Assembly (NCBI GenBank): GCA_965368975.1
Contig: CBDUPA010000017.1
Span: forward strand, 32,001-96,000
Direction: 5' to 3'
DNA: 64,000 nt
Source of the DNA: an uncultured bacterium
GTDB taxonomy: Bacteria; Acidobacteriota; Thermoanaerobaculia; Multivoradales; JAHZIX01
Positions 38,601 to 50,600 of this stretch are shown in pieces. The notes below the pieces were generated by a model that saw only the letters and a program-made list of their open reading frames with translations, did no database searches and was not told the origin of the DNA. Every line of letters starts with the position of its first letter. The first letter of the stretch is position 1. The position numbers and the translations under genes are program-made.

Positions 38601-41600
38601 CCTGCCGGACGGGCGTCTCGAGTGCTTCGGCCGCCTGGACGCGCAGGTCAAGGTGCGCGGCTACCGTGTCGAGCCGGGCGAGGTCGAGACGGTGCTGGCG
38701 TCGCAGCCACAGGTGGTGCAGGCGGTGGTGGTGACCCGTCCCTCGGGGCGTGGAGTGCTGTTGGTGGCGTACGTCGTCATGGCGAAAGAGACGCCGACCG
38801 GGGAACCTCCTGCTTCTACCCGGGACCCCCATCTCGCGACCCTGCGCGACTCCCTGCGTGGCCAGCTGCCGGACTATATGGTGCCGGCGCACATCGTCGC
38901 CCTCGACGCGCTGCCCACCACCGGCAGCGGCAAGGTCGACCGCCGCGCGTTGCAGCGACTGAGCCTCGACGCCGTCACTGCCAACGCTGCTGCTGGCGGC
39001 GACGCCTCCGACGCGCCCTCGACGCCGGCCGAGATCCAGCTGGCCGAGATCTGGTGCGAGCTGCTGGGCGTGGCGCGGGTGGGGGTCGACGACGACTTCT
39101 TCGACCTGGGTGGGCACTCGCTGCTCGCCACCTGGCTGAGCGTGCGTGCGCGCGACGCCTTCGAGATCGAGCTGCCGGTGCGTGCCGTCTTCGAGCATCC
39201 ACGACTGGCCCAGCTGGCGGTCGAGATCGAGCGGCTGCGTCGTGACGGACAGGGCCTGAGTCCGCTGCCGCCGCTGCGTCCGCGCTCAGCCGCCACCCCG
39301 CCGGACGCGAGTCGTGGTCACCAGGATTGCCTCTACGAGGGGCCCGTCTCCTTCGCGCAGGAGCGCTTGTGGTTCCTGGAACAGCTGCGCGACGGCGACA
39401 CCGGCTACCGCCTGGCCAGCCGGCTACGCCTGCTCGGCGATCTCGACGCGCGGGCTCTGGCGACGGCGATCGACGGACTGGCCGCGCGCCACGAGACGCT
39501 GCGCACGGTGTTCGCCGATCACGACGGGGAGCCGATCCAGCGCGTGCTGCCGCCGCGCCGCGGAGCGCTGGCGCTGCCGTGCGTCGACCTCAGCGGCGTG
39601 GTGGATCGAGCGACCGAGACGCAGAGAACCAGCCTCCTCGGTCGCCTGACGGGTACCTTCCAGCGTCAACCCCTACCGCTCGACACGGGGCCGTTGCTGC
39701 GCCTGCTGCTGCTGCGCACTGGTGGTCGCGACGAGCACCTGCTGCTGTTCAATCTGCACCACATCATTTCCGACGGCTGGTCGATGAGCGTGATGTTCCG
39801 CGATGTCGGCGAGCTCTACGCCGCCGCCGTCGATGGCCGCGCGCCTCGGCTGCCGGTGCTCAGCGTGCAGTACGCCGACTTCGCCGCCTGGCAGCGCGGC
39901 TGGCTGGAGGGTGACCGTCTCGACGAGCAGCTGACCTACTGGCAGCAACGGCTGAGCGAACCGCGGCTTCCGCAGCCGCTGCGCCTGCCGCGCGACCGTC
40001 CGGTAGCGCCGGGGGCGGGACCGGGTCGTGGCGGCATGGTCACTGGCGCCCTGCCGCCGGAGCTGGCCCGGCAAGTCGAGACCTTCGCCCGCCGCCACGA
40101 TGTCACTCCCTTCATGGTGCTGCTGGCCGCCTTCGCCGTGCTGCTCGGACGCCTGGCCAACACCGACGACGTGCTCCTCGGCACGCCAGTCGCCAACCGT
40201 CGCTCGCGTGAGCTCGAGGGCCTGATCGGCTTTTTCATCAATCTGATCTCCCTGCGTCTCGAAGTGGCCCCTGCAACGACCTTCAAAGCCCTGCTCGCCC
40301 AGGTCCGGAGCGTCACCCTCGGTGCCTACGACCACCAGGACATCCCCTTCGAACGCCTGGTCGAGCTGGTGCAGCCGGACCGCCGCGATGGCGACGTACC
40401 GTTGGCGCAAGTTACCTTCCAGCTGCTCAACACGCCACGCGCCGAGGCTGCCGAACTGCCACGGCTGCGCATGGAGCAGCAGCCACTGGAAGTGCGCCGC
40501 GCCAAGCTCGACCTGGGACTGATGTTCGAAGGCCAGGGCGAGCACCTGGGCTGGCTGGCCGAGTACGACGCCGACCGCTTCGACCGCGCTTCCGTGGAGC
40601 ATTGGTTGGCGGCCTTCCAGGAGCTGCTGGCGTCGGCCCTGGCCGAGCCACGGCAGGTGGTCGACGACTTGCCAGCGCTCGACATCGTGCGTCGCCGCCA
40701 GCCCTCGGGCGTTGCCCCCGTGTTGCCATCGGCGCCGTCTCTCGTGCCGCCGATGGCACCCCCATCACTAGCACCCCCCGCCTTGGCCCCACCGTCCTTG
40801 GCGCCCCCAGAGCTGGCACCTCCCGAGCTGATCCCGCCGCCGGTCGCCAGTCCGCCGCCGCTGCACATGCCTGAAGAGCCCGAGACGCCCATCAAGCAGC
40901 CAGCCGAGGGGAACGACAGCGAGCCGGACGAGCCGCTGACCCTCTCGGATGCACCGATGTTGTTGCCCGCTGCCCGCAAGGCGCGCGGCGTGCCGCTGTC
41001 CTTCGCGCAGGAGCGACTGTGGTTCATCGACCGTCTCGAGCCCACGGCAGCGGCGGCCTACAACACGCCCGGGCGCATCTACCTCGAGGGCGTGGTGCAG
41101 CCGGCCGCCCTGCGGGTTGCCATCCACGCGCTGATCGCGCGGCACGAGAGCCTGCGCACCGTCTTCGTCGAGATCGAGGCACAGCCGCTCCAGCGTGTCG
41201 CGGCCGTGGCTTCGCCTCTGGGACAGCCACCGCTGCCGGTGGTCGATCTCGGCGGGTTGGCCGAGACGGATGGGGCCAAGCAAGCCGACGTCCTAACCGC
41301 CCGCGCCGCGACGCATCCCTTCGATCTCGCCCGCGGTCCGCTGCTGCAGATCTTCTTGCTGCGCTTGGCTGCAGGTCTTTCGGGAGAAAGTACGTCACCG
41401 CGCCACCAGCTCTACTTCAATCTGCACCACATCGTCACCGACGGCTGGTCGATGGAAATCTTGTTCCGCGAGATGGCGCGGCTCTACCAGGCTGCTGCCA
41501 CCGGGGGCACGGCCAGCCCGGCAAGCGGTCCTGCTCAGGTCCTCGCGCAAGAAGCCGGTCTGCCGCCGCTGCCGGTGCAGTATCCCGACTTCGCTGTCTG

Positions 41601-44600
41601 GCAGCGCGCCTGGCTCAGTGGCGATGAACTACAGCGGCAGATCGACTACTGGCGTCGCCAGCTGGCTGCCCGTGATGCCCAGGAAGGCAGTCCCCAGGAG
41701 GGCGGCGGTCTGGAGTGGACGCGGCTGCAGCTGCCCGAGGACCATCCGCCGCCGGCCGAGCCCCGCGCCGACCGCTGCGGGCGTCTGCCCGTGCGTCTAC
41801 CGCTGCCGCTGGTGCGCAGCCTCGACGGCTTCGCGCGCCGCCACGAGGCGACTCTGTTCATGACGCTGCTGGCCGGCTTCGCTCTGTTGCTGCACCGGCT
41901 CACCGGGCAACGGGATCTGACCGTCGGCACCCCGATCGCCAATCGCCGGCACGTCGACGTCGAGGGGCTGATCGGCTTCTTCGCCAACACGCTGGTATTG
42001 CGCGCCGATTTGACCGCCGGCACGGGCACGGGTTCTGGCGACCCAGGTTTTGGTCAGCTGGTCGACCGCCTGCGCCGCACCACGCTGGAAGCCTACGACC
42101 ACCAGGATCTGCCCTTCGCGCGCCTGGTCGAGGCACTGCAGCCGGAGCGGCAGCTGGGTCGCACACCGCTGTTCCAGGTCCTGTTCCAGTTGCACAAGGC
42201 ACAGCCGGTGACCGAGGCGCGCACGACCGAGGTGACGCTGGAACTCGAAACCCTCGACGCCGGCCTGGCCAAGTTCGACCTCGAATTGACCCTGAGCCAG
42301 ATCCAGGGACCGGTCGCCGGCACGCTGGTCTACAACGCTGACCGTTTCGACGCCACCACCGTGCGGCGCTGGATGGACGACTACCTGCGTCTGATGCGTG
42401 CAGCGGTGCGCGCCCCCGAACGGCCGGTGACCCGGCTCGACGTGCTGACCCCCAGCGCCAGCCAGCAGCTGGTGCGCGAGTGGGGAAGTGGTCCACTCAG
42501 CGACACATGGAGCGGCCCAGCGAGCCGCAACCAGCCGGAGCCTCTGCCCACCTTGCCGTGCCTCGTCTTCGAGCAAGCACGCCGCACGCCGCACGCGATC
42601 GCCGTCCAGGGTCGCCGGCACGCGCTCAGCTACGCCACGCTGACGGCGCGCGCCCGGCGGCTGGCGTCGGCGCTGCGACACACGCGCAACGACGAAGAGT
42701 CGATCATCGGGCTGTCGCTGCCTCGAGGTCCGCGTGCCTGCGTCGCGCTACTCGGCGTCCTCGATTCCGGCGCCGCCGTCTTGCCGATCGATCCGGCCTA
42801 TCCGCGGGAGCGCCGCGACCTGATGTTGCAGGACAGTGGCACCCGGCGAGTGCTCGATGGCGGCGCCGTCGACGAACTGCTCCAGCTGCCGGACGGCGCT
42901 GCAGAGCCCCAGGTGGCAACCCGAGCTTCCGTGCCCGAGCCGCACCCGCACCAGCTCTGCTACCTGCTGTACACGTCCGGCTCCACCGGCGTGCCCAAGG
43001 GCGTCGCCATGCGCCATGGCCTGATGGCGCAGGTGCTGGCCTGGGAACTGCGTCGCAATGCACCTGTGCCCCAGACCCCAGTACCCCAGACCCCAGTACC
43101 CCAGACCCCAGTACCCCAGACCTCTGTACCCCAGACGGGGCCGCACCGGACGCTCGCCTTCACACCGCTGTCCTTCGATGTTTCCTTCCAGGAGACCTTT
43201 GCCACCTGGGGTGCCGGCGGCACGCTGGTGCTGGTGGACGAAGACACCCGCCGTGATCCCCATTTGCTGCTGCGCCACCTTCTGCGGCAACGCGTGCAGC
43301 GCCTGTACCTGCCGTTCGTCGCCCTGCAGGCGCTGGCGGAAGCGTCCGCCGCGCCCGAGGCACCGCGGCCGGACGAGCTGGTCGAGCTGATCACCGCCGG
43401 TGAGCAACTGCGCATGACCCCGGCGCTCACCGCCTGGCTGCAGCGCCGACCCACGCTGCGCCTGCACAACCACTACGGGCCGACTGAGACCCACGCCATC
43501 AGTGCCTGGTCGCTCGGCCGCCGCCGCCCCGGGGAACTCGTCCGGGCACCAGCGCTGCCACCCATCGGTCGGCCGATCGACGGCGTGCGCGTCTACGTCG
43601 TCGACTCTCTGGCGCGTCCGCGTCCGATTGGCTGCGTCGGTGAGCTGTGGGCGGGTGCGGAGTTCGCGGACCACGGCTCGCCAGCGCGCGGCTACCACCG
43701 GCGCCCAGCCTTGACCGCCGCGCGCTTCGTGCCCGACCCGCTGATCCGCGAGCCGCACCGGCGGGGTGCGCGCGTCTACCGTACCGGCGATCTGGCGCGC
43801 TACCGGGCCGACGGTGAATTGGAGTTCTTGGGCCGTCGCGACACCCAGTTGAAAGTCCGCGGCTTCCGCGTCGAACCCGGTGAGGTCGAGGCGGCGCTCG
43901 AAGCGTTGGCCGGCGTCGGGCAAGCCGTGGTCGTCCCGCGTCAGGGAGCCGGGGGCGTGGCGCTGATCGCCTACGTCCTGGTTGCGGCAGAGCTCGTAGC
44001 TTCGGAGTCACCGCCCGACGCGGCCTCCCTGCGCGACACCCTACGTCGGCGTCTGCCGGACTACCTGGTACCGGCCGCTGTCCACGTCGTCGAGACGCTG
44101 CCCAAGACGCCCAGCGGCAAGGTCGATCGCCGGGCGCTGCGCCAGCGGGCGGCGGAACAGGAGGCCGTGGCGGTCGAGTTCGTGGCGCCGCACAGTGTCA
44201 CCGAAGAGCAGCTGGCGGCACTGTGGGCCGACCTCTTGCAGCGCCAGCAGGTCGGTGTGCGCGACCACTTCTTCGACATCGGCGGCCACTCGCTGCTCGC
44301 CACCACCCTGACCGCCCGCCTGCGCGATGTCTTTGGCGTCGAGGTGCCGGTGAAGGCCGTGTTCGAGCATCCGCACCTGGACGAACTGGCGGCCGAGATC
44401 GATCGCCTGCGCGCCACCGATTCCGCCCCCGTGCTGCCGCCCCTGGAGCCCGTGCCGCGCGACGCCCGTGGCTTGCCGCTCGAACCCTTGCCGGTGTCCT
44501 TCGCCCAGGAGCGCCTGTGGTTGACCGAGCGCCTGAGCGAAGACGCCGCCGGTGGCTACCGCCTGCCGGGCAAGCTGGAGTTGCTCGGTGACTTCCGGCC

Positions 44601-47600
44601 GCTGGCCATGGCGCGGGCGCTGCGCCGCCTGGTGTCGCGCCACGAAACGCTGCGCACCGTCTTCGCCGAAGTCGATGGTGCGCCCGTCCAGCGTCCGCTA
44701 CCGGCGCGGGAGGCACGCGTCGAGCTGCCCGTGGTCGACTTGAGTCGACTCGCCGCGACGACGGCTGCCGTCCTCGAATCCAGCCTGACGGCGCAGCTCA
44801 TGGCGCAGCCGATGCCGCTGGCCGAGGGGCCATTGTTGCGGGTGCTGCTGCTGCGCTTCGCGCCGTTCTCCCCGGAACCCACGGAGCTCCCGCAGCCTGC
44901 GCGTGCCAAGCACTTGCTGCTGTTCAACCTGCACCACATCGTTGCTGACGGCTGGTCCATGGGCATCTTGTTCCGCGAGGTATCGCAGTTCTATCGAGCC
45001 GAGGTCGAGGGTACTGCCGACGCCCTGGAGCTACCGCCGCTGCCCGTGCACTATGGTGACTTTGCCGTCTGGCAGCGGCAGTGGCTGAGCGGCGAGCGCC
45101 TGGACGCGCAGCTGAGCTGGTGGCGCCAGCACCTGGACGGCGCGCCGGCCGCCGTCGAGCTACCGGCCGATCGTCCACGGCCGCCGCGCGTCGGGCGCAG
45201 CGGCGCGCTCTCCGACCACCTGCCAGCGTCGCTCGAAGCCGGCCTGAGCCAGCTCGGCCGCCGCCACGGTGCCACCCTCTACATGGTGCTGCTGGCCGCT
45301 TTTTCGGCCCTGCTGCCGCGCCTCGGCAGCGGTCGCGACCTGGTCCTTGGTACGCCGGTCGCCAACCGTCGCCACCGTGGCCTGGAAGGCTTGATCGGCT
45401 TCTTCATCAACGTGCTGGCGGTGCGTTTACAGCCCGCACGGGACGTCGATTTCGCGACCTGGCTGCAGCAGGTGCGCCAGCTGACGCTCGACGTCTACGA
45501 CCACCAGGATCTCCCCTTCGAGCGACTGGTCGAAGCTCTGCAGCCCGCGCGCGAGCCCGGCCGTCCGTCGCTGGTGCAGGTCGTCTTCCAGTTGCAAAAC
45601 ACACCGCCGGCCGCTGCGGTCGAATTGCCCGGCTTGCAGCTGCGCATGCGCGGTGTCGAGCTGGAGCGGGCGAAGTTCGACTTCAGCCTGATGGCCGAGC
45701 GCGTGGGAGACGCGAGTGGCGGTGCGCCCGTGGTCTTGGTGGCGGATTACAACGCCGACCTCTTCGACGCCACCACGGTCCGTCGCTGGTTGCGGGCGTT
45801 CGAGGTCCTGCTCGAGGGAGCCATCGCCGCACCCGGGACACCGCTCGGTGCCCTGCCGGTGCTCGACGCCGTGGCACGCCAGCAGGCGTTGGTCGAGTGG
45901 AACGACGTCGAGGCCCCCTACGACCGCGACGCGACCTTGCCCGAGCTGTTCGCCGGCCAGGTCCGGCAGCGGCCGGACGCCATCGGCATCGTGTACGGCC
46001 GGCGGCACCTCGGCTACCGTGAGATCGCGCGCCGCGCCGGGCGCATCGCCGCGCTCCTGTCTCGACGCTGGGCGGGTCGCGCGGCTGCCGAGAACCGTGT
46101 CGCCGTCACCGGTCAGCGCTCCCCGGAGCTGGTGCTGGCCACTGTTGGCGTGACGCTGGCTGGCGGTGCCTACGTGCCGCTCGATCCGGACACCCCGGTC
46201 CATCGCCTGGCCTTCCAGCTGCACGATGCCGGTGCTGAGGTGCTGCTGGTCGATGCCGCGTCGCGCGATCACCTGGCGCAGGCGGTCGCGGCTGCGGCCG
46301 AGCTGGGGTCGACGGAGTCGCCGGCGACGGTCGAGCTGATGGATTTCGAAGCAGTGCTCGCGCAGGACGTCCCTTCCGCGGCACCTCGGGAGGCCTTGCA
46401 TCCGGACGATCTCCATCCGGAGAACCTGGTCAACATCTTCTACACCTCTGGTTCGACCGGCAAACCCAAGGGCGTCGCGGTCACGCACCGCGGCGTCGTG
46501 CGGCTGATCCAGGCCGGCGTCACGCCCACCGCTGGCTACCCGGGCTTCGGCGTCGAGCGGCGCGTGGCGCAGTCCGCCAACCCCGTCTTCGATCCCACCA
46601 CCTATGAGATCTGGGGCGCCCTGGTCCACGGTGGTTGTCTGGTCGAGGTGCCGAAGGCGCAGCTGCTGGCCCCCGAGACGCTGGGGGATTTCCTGCGTGC
46701 GCGGCGCATCGACGTCCAGTACCTCACGGTCGCCGTCGTCAGTCTGATCGCGCGCCAGGCACCGGACGCGCTGAACAGCGTCGACGTGCAGTTGCTCGGC
46801 GGCGAAGCGATCGCCCCGGCGCGCGTCGCCGAGATCCTCGACGCCGGTTCGCCGCGGCACCTGATCCACGTCTACGGGCCGACCGAGACCACCGCCTGGT
46901 GTAGCTACGAGGATCTGTGCAAGCTGCCCGTGCTGCCCTCGGGCGGCCGCGTGCCGTCCGGCCAGCCGACGCTCACCGTCGGTCGCGCGGTGCCCAACGA
47001 CACGATCTACTACCTCGATGGCCGCTTCCGTCCGGTGCCAACCGGCTGCCCGGGCGAGATCTGCGCCGGTGGAGATGGCGTGGTGCGTGGCTACCTCGGT
47101 CGCCCGGGCCGCACCGCCGAGGTCTTCATCCCCGATGCCCTGTCGGGTCGGCCGGGGGCTCGCCTCTACCGTACCGGTGATCTCGGCCGCTGGCGCGCCG
47201 ACGGCCGGCTCGAATTTCTCGGCCGTGTCGACTTCCAGGTCAAGATTCGCGGCCTGCGCATCGAGCCGGGAGAGATCGAAGCCGTCTTGCGACGCTACCC
47301 CGAAGTGCGCGACGCCGTCGTGCTGGTACTCGGCGAGGGCGACGAGCGTCAGCTCGGAGCTTGCGTGCTGACCCGGCCGGACGAGTCGCCCAGTTCCCTG
47401 CAAGTTCGAGACACACGAGACGAACCGCCCGAGATCTGGCCCAACGTCGGGGAGTACCAGATCTACGACGAATTGCTCTACTACGCCATGAGCCGCGACG
47501 TGCGGCGCAACCAGGCCTACCGGCAAGCGTTGCAACGCTTGCTGTCGGACGCCGCGTCACCCGGGCTCACCGTGCTCGACGTTGGCACCGGTCACGACGC

Positions 47601-50600
47601 TATCTGGGCCCGCTACGCCGCCGAGGCGGGAGCGGCGCACGTCTATGGCTTGGAGGTGCTGGAGGCGAGTGCCGCGGCGGCGCGTGAGGAAGTGCGGCGC
47701 GCCGGGCTCGACGACCGCATCACCATCCTGCATGGCGACGTCACCGACCCCACCTTCCGTCTGCCGCCACATCCGGACGGCCGTGAGCGCCGCGTCGACC
47801 TGATCGTCTCCAACCTGATCGGCACCATCGGCGGCTGCGAGGCGGCACCGGTGCTGCTCGGCCACGCGCGTCGCTTCCTGGCACCCGGCGGTCGCATGAT
47901 CCCGGCGCGCTGTCGGACGCGCCTGGCGGGCGTCACCTTGCCACCCGAACTCCAGGACGAGCCGCGCTTCACACCGCTGGCCGCCGACTTCGCGCGCCGC
48001 GTTTTCGACGCTGTCGGCCATCCCTTCGACGTGCGCCTCAATCTGCGTCACTTCCCGCCGAGCCTTCGTCTCACCGTGGCAGCAGGCCCCGACGGCGATG
48101 TGTTCGAAGACCTCGACTTCCGCGATCCGCACGGCCAGCCCGCCGCCACGCAGGGCGTCTTCAGCTCCCCGGTCTTCAGTTCCGAGTACGAACGCCGCCT
48201 GCACCTGCGCGTCGAGCTCCCGGAGCAGAGCGACGCCCGACTCGACGGCTTCCTGCTCTGGCTCGAACTGCAGACCGCAGCTCCCGCTACGCAGGCTCCG
48301 ACCGGCGGCGAGGCCCCGACTGGAGAAGCGAGCATCGTGCTCGAAACTCTCGATCCACCGTGCTCCTGGCTACCAGTCTACCTGCCGGTGTTCGAGCCGC
48401 CGCAGCGGGTGCGCACCGGCGACGAGATCGAGTTGACGGTCGAAGCACGGCTGGCCGCTGATGGTCTGCACCCGGACTACCACGTGCGCGGTTGGTTGCG
48501 GCGCGACCCTGCACAGGGCGGGGACGTCGAGATCGACTTCGAAAGTCCCTTCGTCGGCCCGGCCGTGCCTGCAGCCTCGGCCGCCGCGCACCCACCGTCC
48601 CGCCGTCCCGCGCTCTACCGGGCGCTGTTCGGCGACAGCGGTGAGCCACGCGTCGCCCAAACGGCCCAAGACGCCCTGCTCGCCGAGCTCCATGCGCACC
48701 TGCAGACCCAGCTGCCTGACTTCATGGTGCCCTCGCGCCTGCTCGCGCTCGACGCCTTGCCCCTGACGCCCAACGGCAAGGTCGATCGCGCCGAGCTGTC
48801 GCGCCGCCTGCTGCGCCAGGCGGCCGCCGGTGCCATCCGTGCTGGTGAGGCCGCCGAAGTCGTCACTTTCGACGGACCGCACGCCGAGACCGCTCGCACC
48901 ATCGCCACCGTCTGGCAGGACGTGCTCGGCCTCGAAAGTTCCGTCGGTCCAGAAGACCAGTTCTTCGCCCTCGGCGGCCACTCCCTGCTCGCCACCCGCG
49001 TCATCTCGCGCCTGCGCAAGACCTTCGAGCTCGACATCCCGCTACGCTGGATGTTCGAGTCGCCGACCCCTGCCGAGCTGGCACCACGCGTCGACGGTCT
49101 GCGTCCGGCTCCTGAAGCCGCCGTGCCGGCCGGAGACGCCGAACCGCCCTTGGTACCGGTGCCGCGCGACCAGCCTCTGCCGCTGTCCTACGCCCAGCAG
49201 CGCCTGTGGCTGGCTGACCAGTTGCAGCCCGGCGACATCGCCTACAACATGCCGTTGGGTGTTCGTCTGCGCAGCGAGAGTCCGGAGGGTGAGCTGGACA
49301 TCGCCGCCTTGTCCCACGCCCTCGACACCGTCGTCGCGCGCCACGAAGCCCTGCGCACCACCTTCCCCGTGGGGTCGGACGGCGAGCCCGTGCAGCACAT
49401 CGCCGGGCCGCGTCCCAGCCCGCTGCCGGTCGTCGACCTGAGCGCTCTGCCCGAAGAGGTCGCCCAGGCAGAGAGCGAACGCCTCGGTCTGGGCCACGCC
49501 CGCCACCGCTTCGACCTCGCGCGCGGTCCGCTCCTGGTCGCCGCCATTGTGCGCCAGCGCCGCGACGACCACGCGCTGTTGCTCAACCTGCACCACGTCA
49601 TCGCCGACGGCTGGTCGCTGGCTATCCTGGTACGCGAGCTCAGCGGTCTCTACCGAGCCCTCCTCGAGCCGGGGCAAGATCGCGTCGAATTGCCCGAGCT
49701 GGCGATCCAGTACGCCGACTTCGCCGTCTGGCAGCGTCGCTATCTTGCTGGAGACGGGCTCGACGGAGACAGGCTCGACGGAGACAGCCAAGACAAGGGT
49801 GCCCGCGAGCAGCTCCTCGACCACTGGCGCCAGGTCCTGGCAGGGGCACCCCCGGTGCTCGACCTGCCCAGCGACCGCCCGCGTCCCGAGGTGCGCAGCC
49901 TGCGCGGTGATCGGCGCGTGCGCGGTCATCAAGCCGAGCAGCGACAGCGTCTCGAAGCCCTCGCCCAGGCGCACCAGGGGACCCTCTTCATGGTTCTGCT
50001 TGCCGCTTTCAAAACCCTGCTCTACCGCCTCACCGGCCAGCACGACATCGTCGTCGGTACCGACATCGCCAACCGCAACCGGCCCGAGATCGAAGACCTG
50101 ATTGGCTTCTTCATCAACCACCCCGTCCTGCGCACCGACCTGGCCGGCAACCCCACCTTCGCCGAGCTGGTCGACCGCGTGCGCGCCGTTACCGTCGACG
50201 CCTACGCGCACCAGGACCTGCCCTTCGACCTGCTGGTCGAGGAGCTGCAACCCGAGCGTTCGCCGTCCGTCACGCCGCTGTTCCAGGTCCTCTTCGTGAT
50301 GCAGAATGCGCCCACCGGCGGCACGCCCGTCACCACCGGTCTGACGCTCGAAGCCATGCCCGGCGAGAGCCACAGTTCCAAGTATGATCTGGTAGTAGAG
50401 GCGCTCGAATTCGGTGACGGCCTGGCCCTCAGCTGGACCTTCCGCACCGACATCTTCGACGCCGCTACCGTCGAGCAGCTGGCCGAACGCTACGCCCTGC
50501 TGCTCGACCAGGTCGCCGCCGACCCCGACCGCCGCCTCGACGAGCTGAGCCTCGAAATCGAATCCGACAAGGAGCGCCGCGCCATGGAAGAACAACAACG

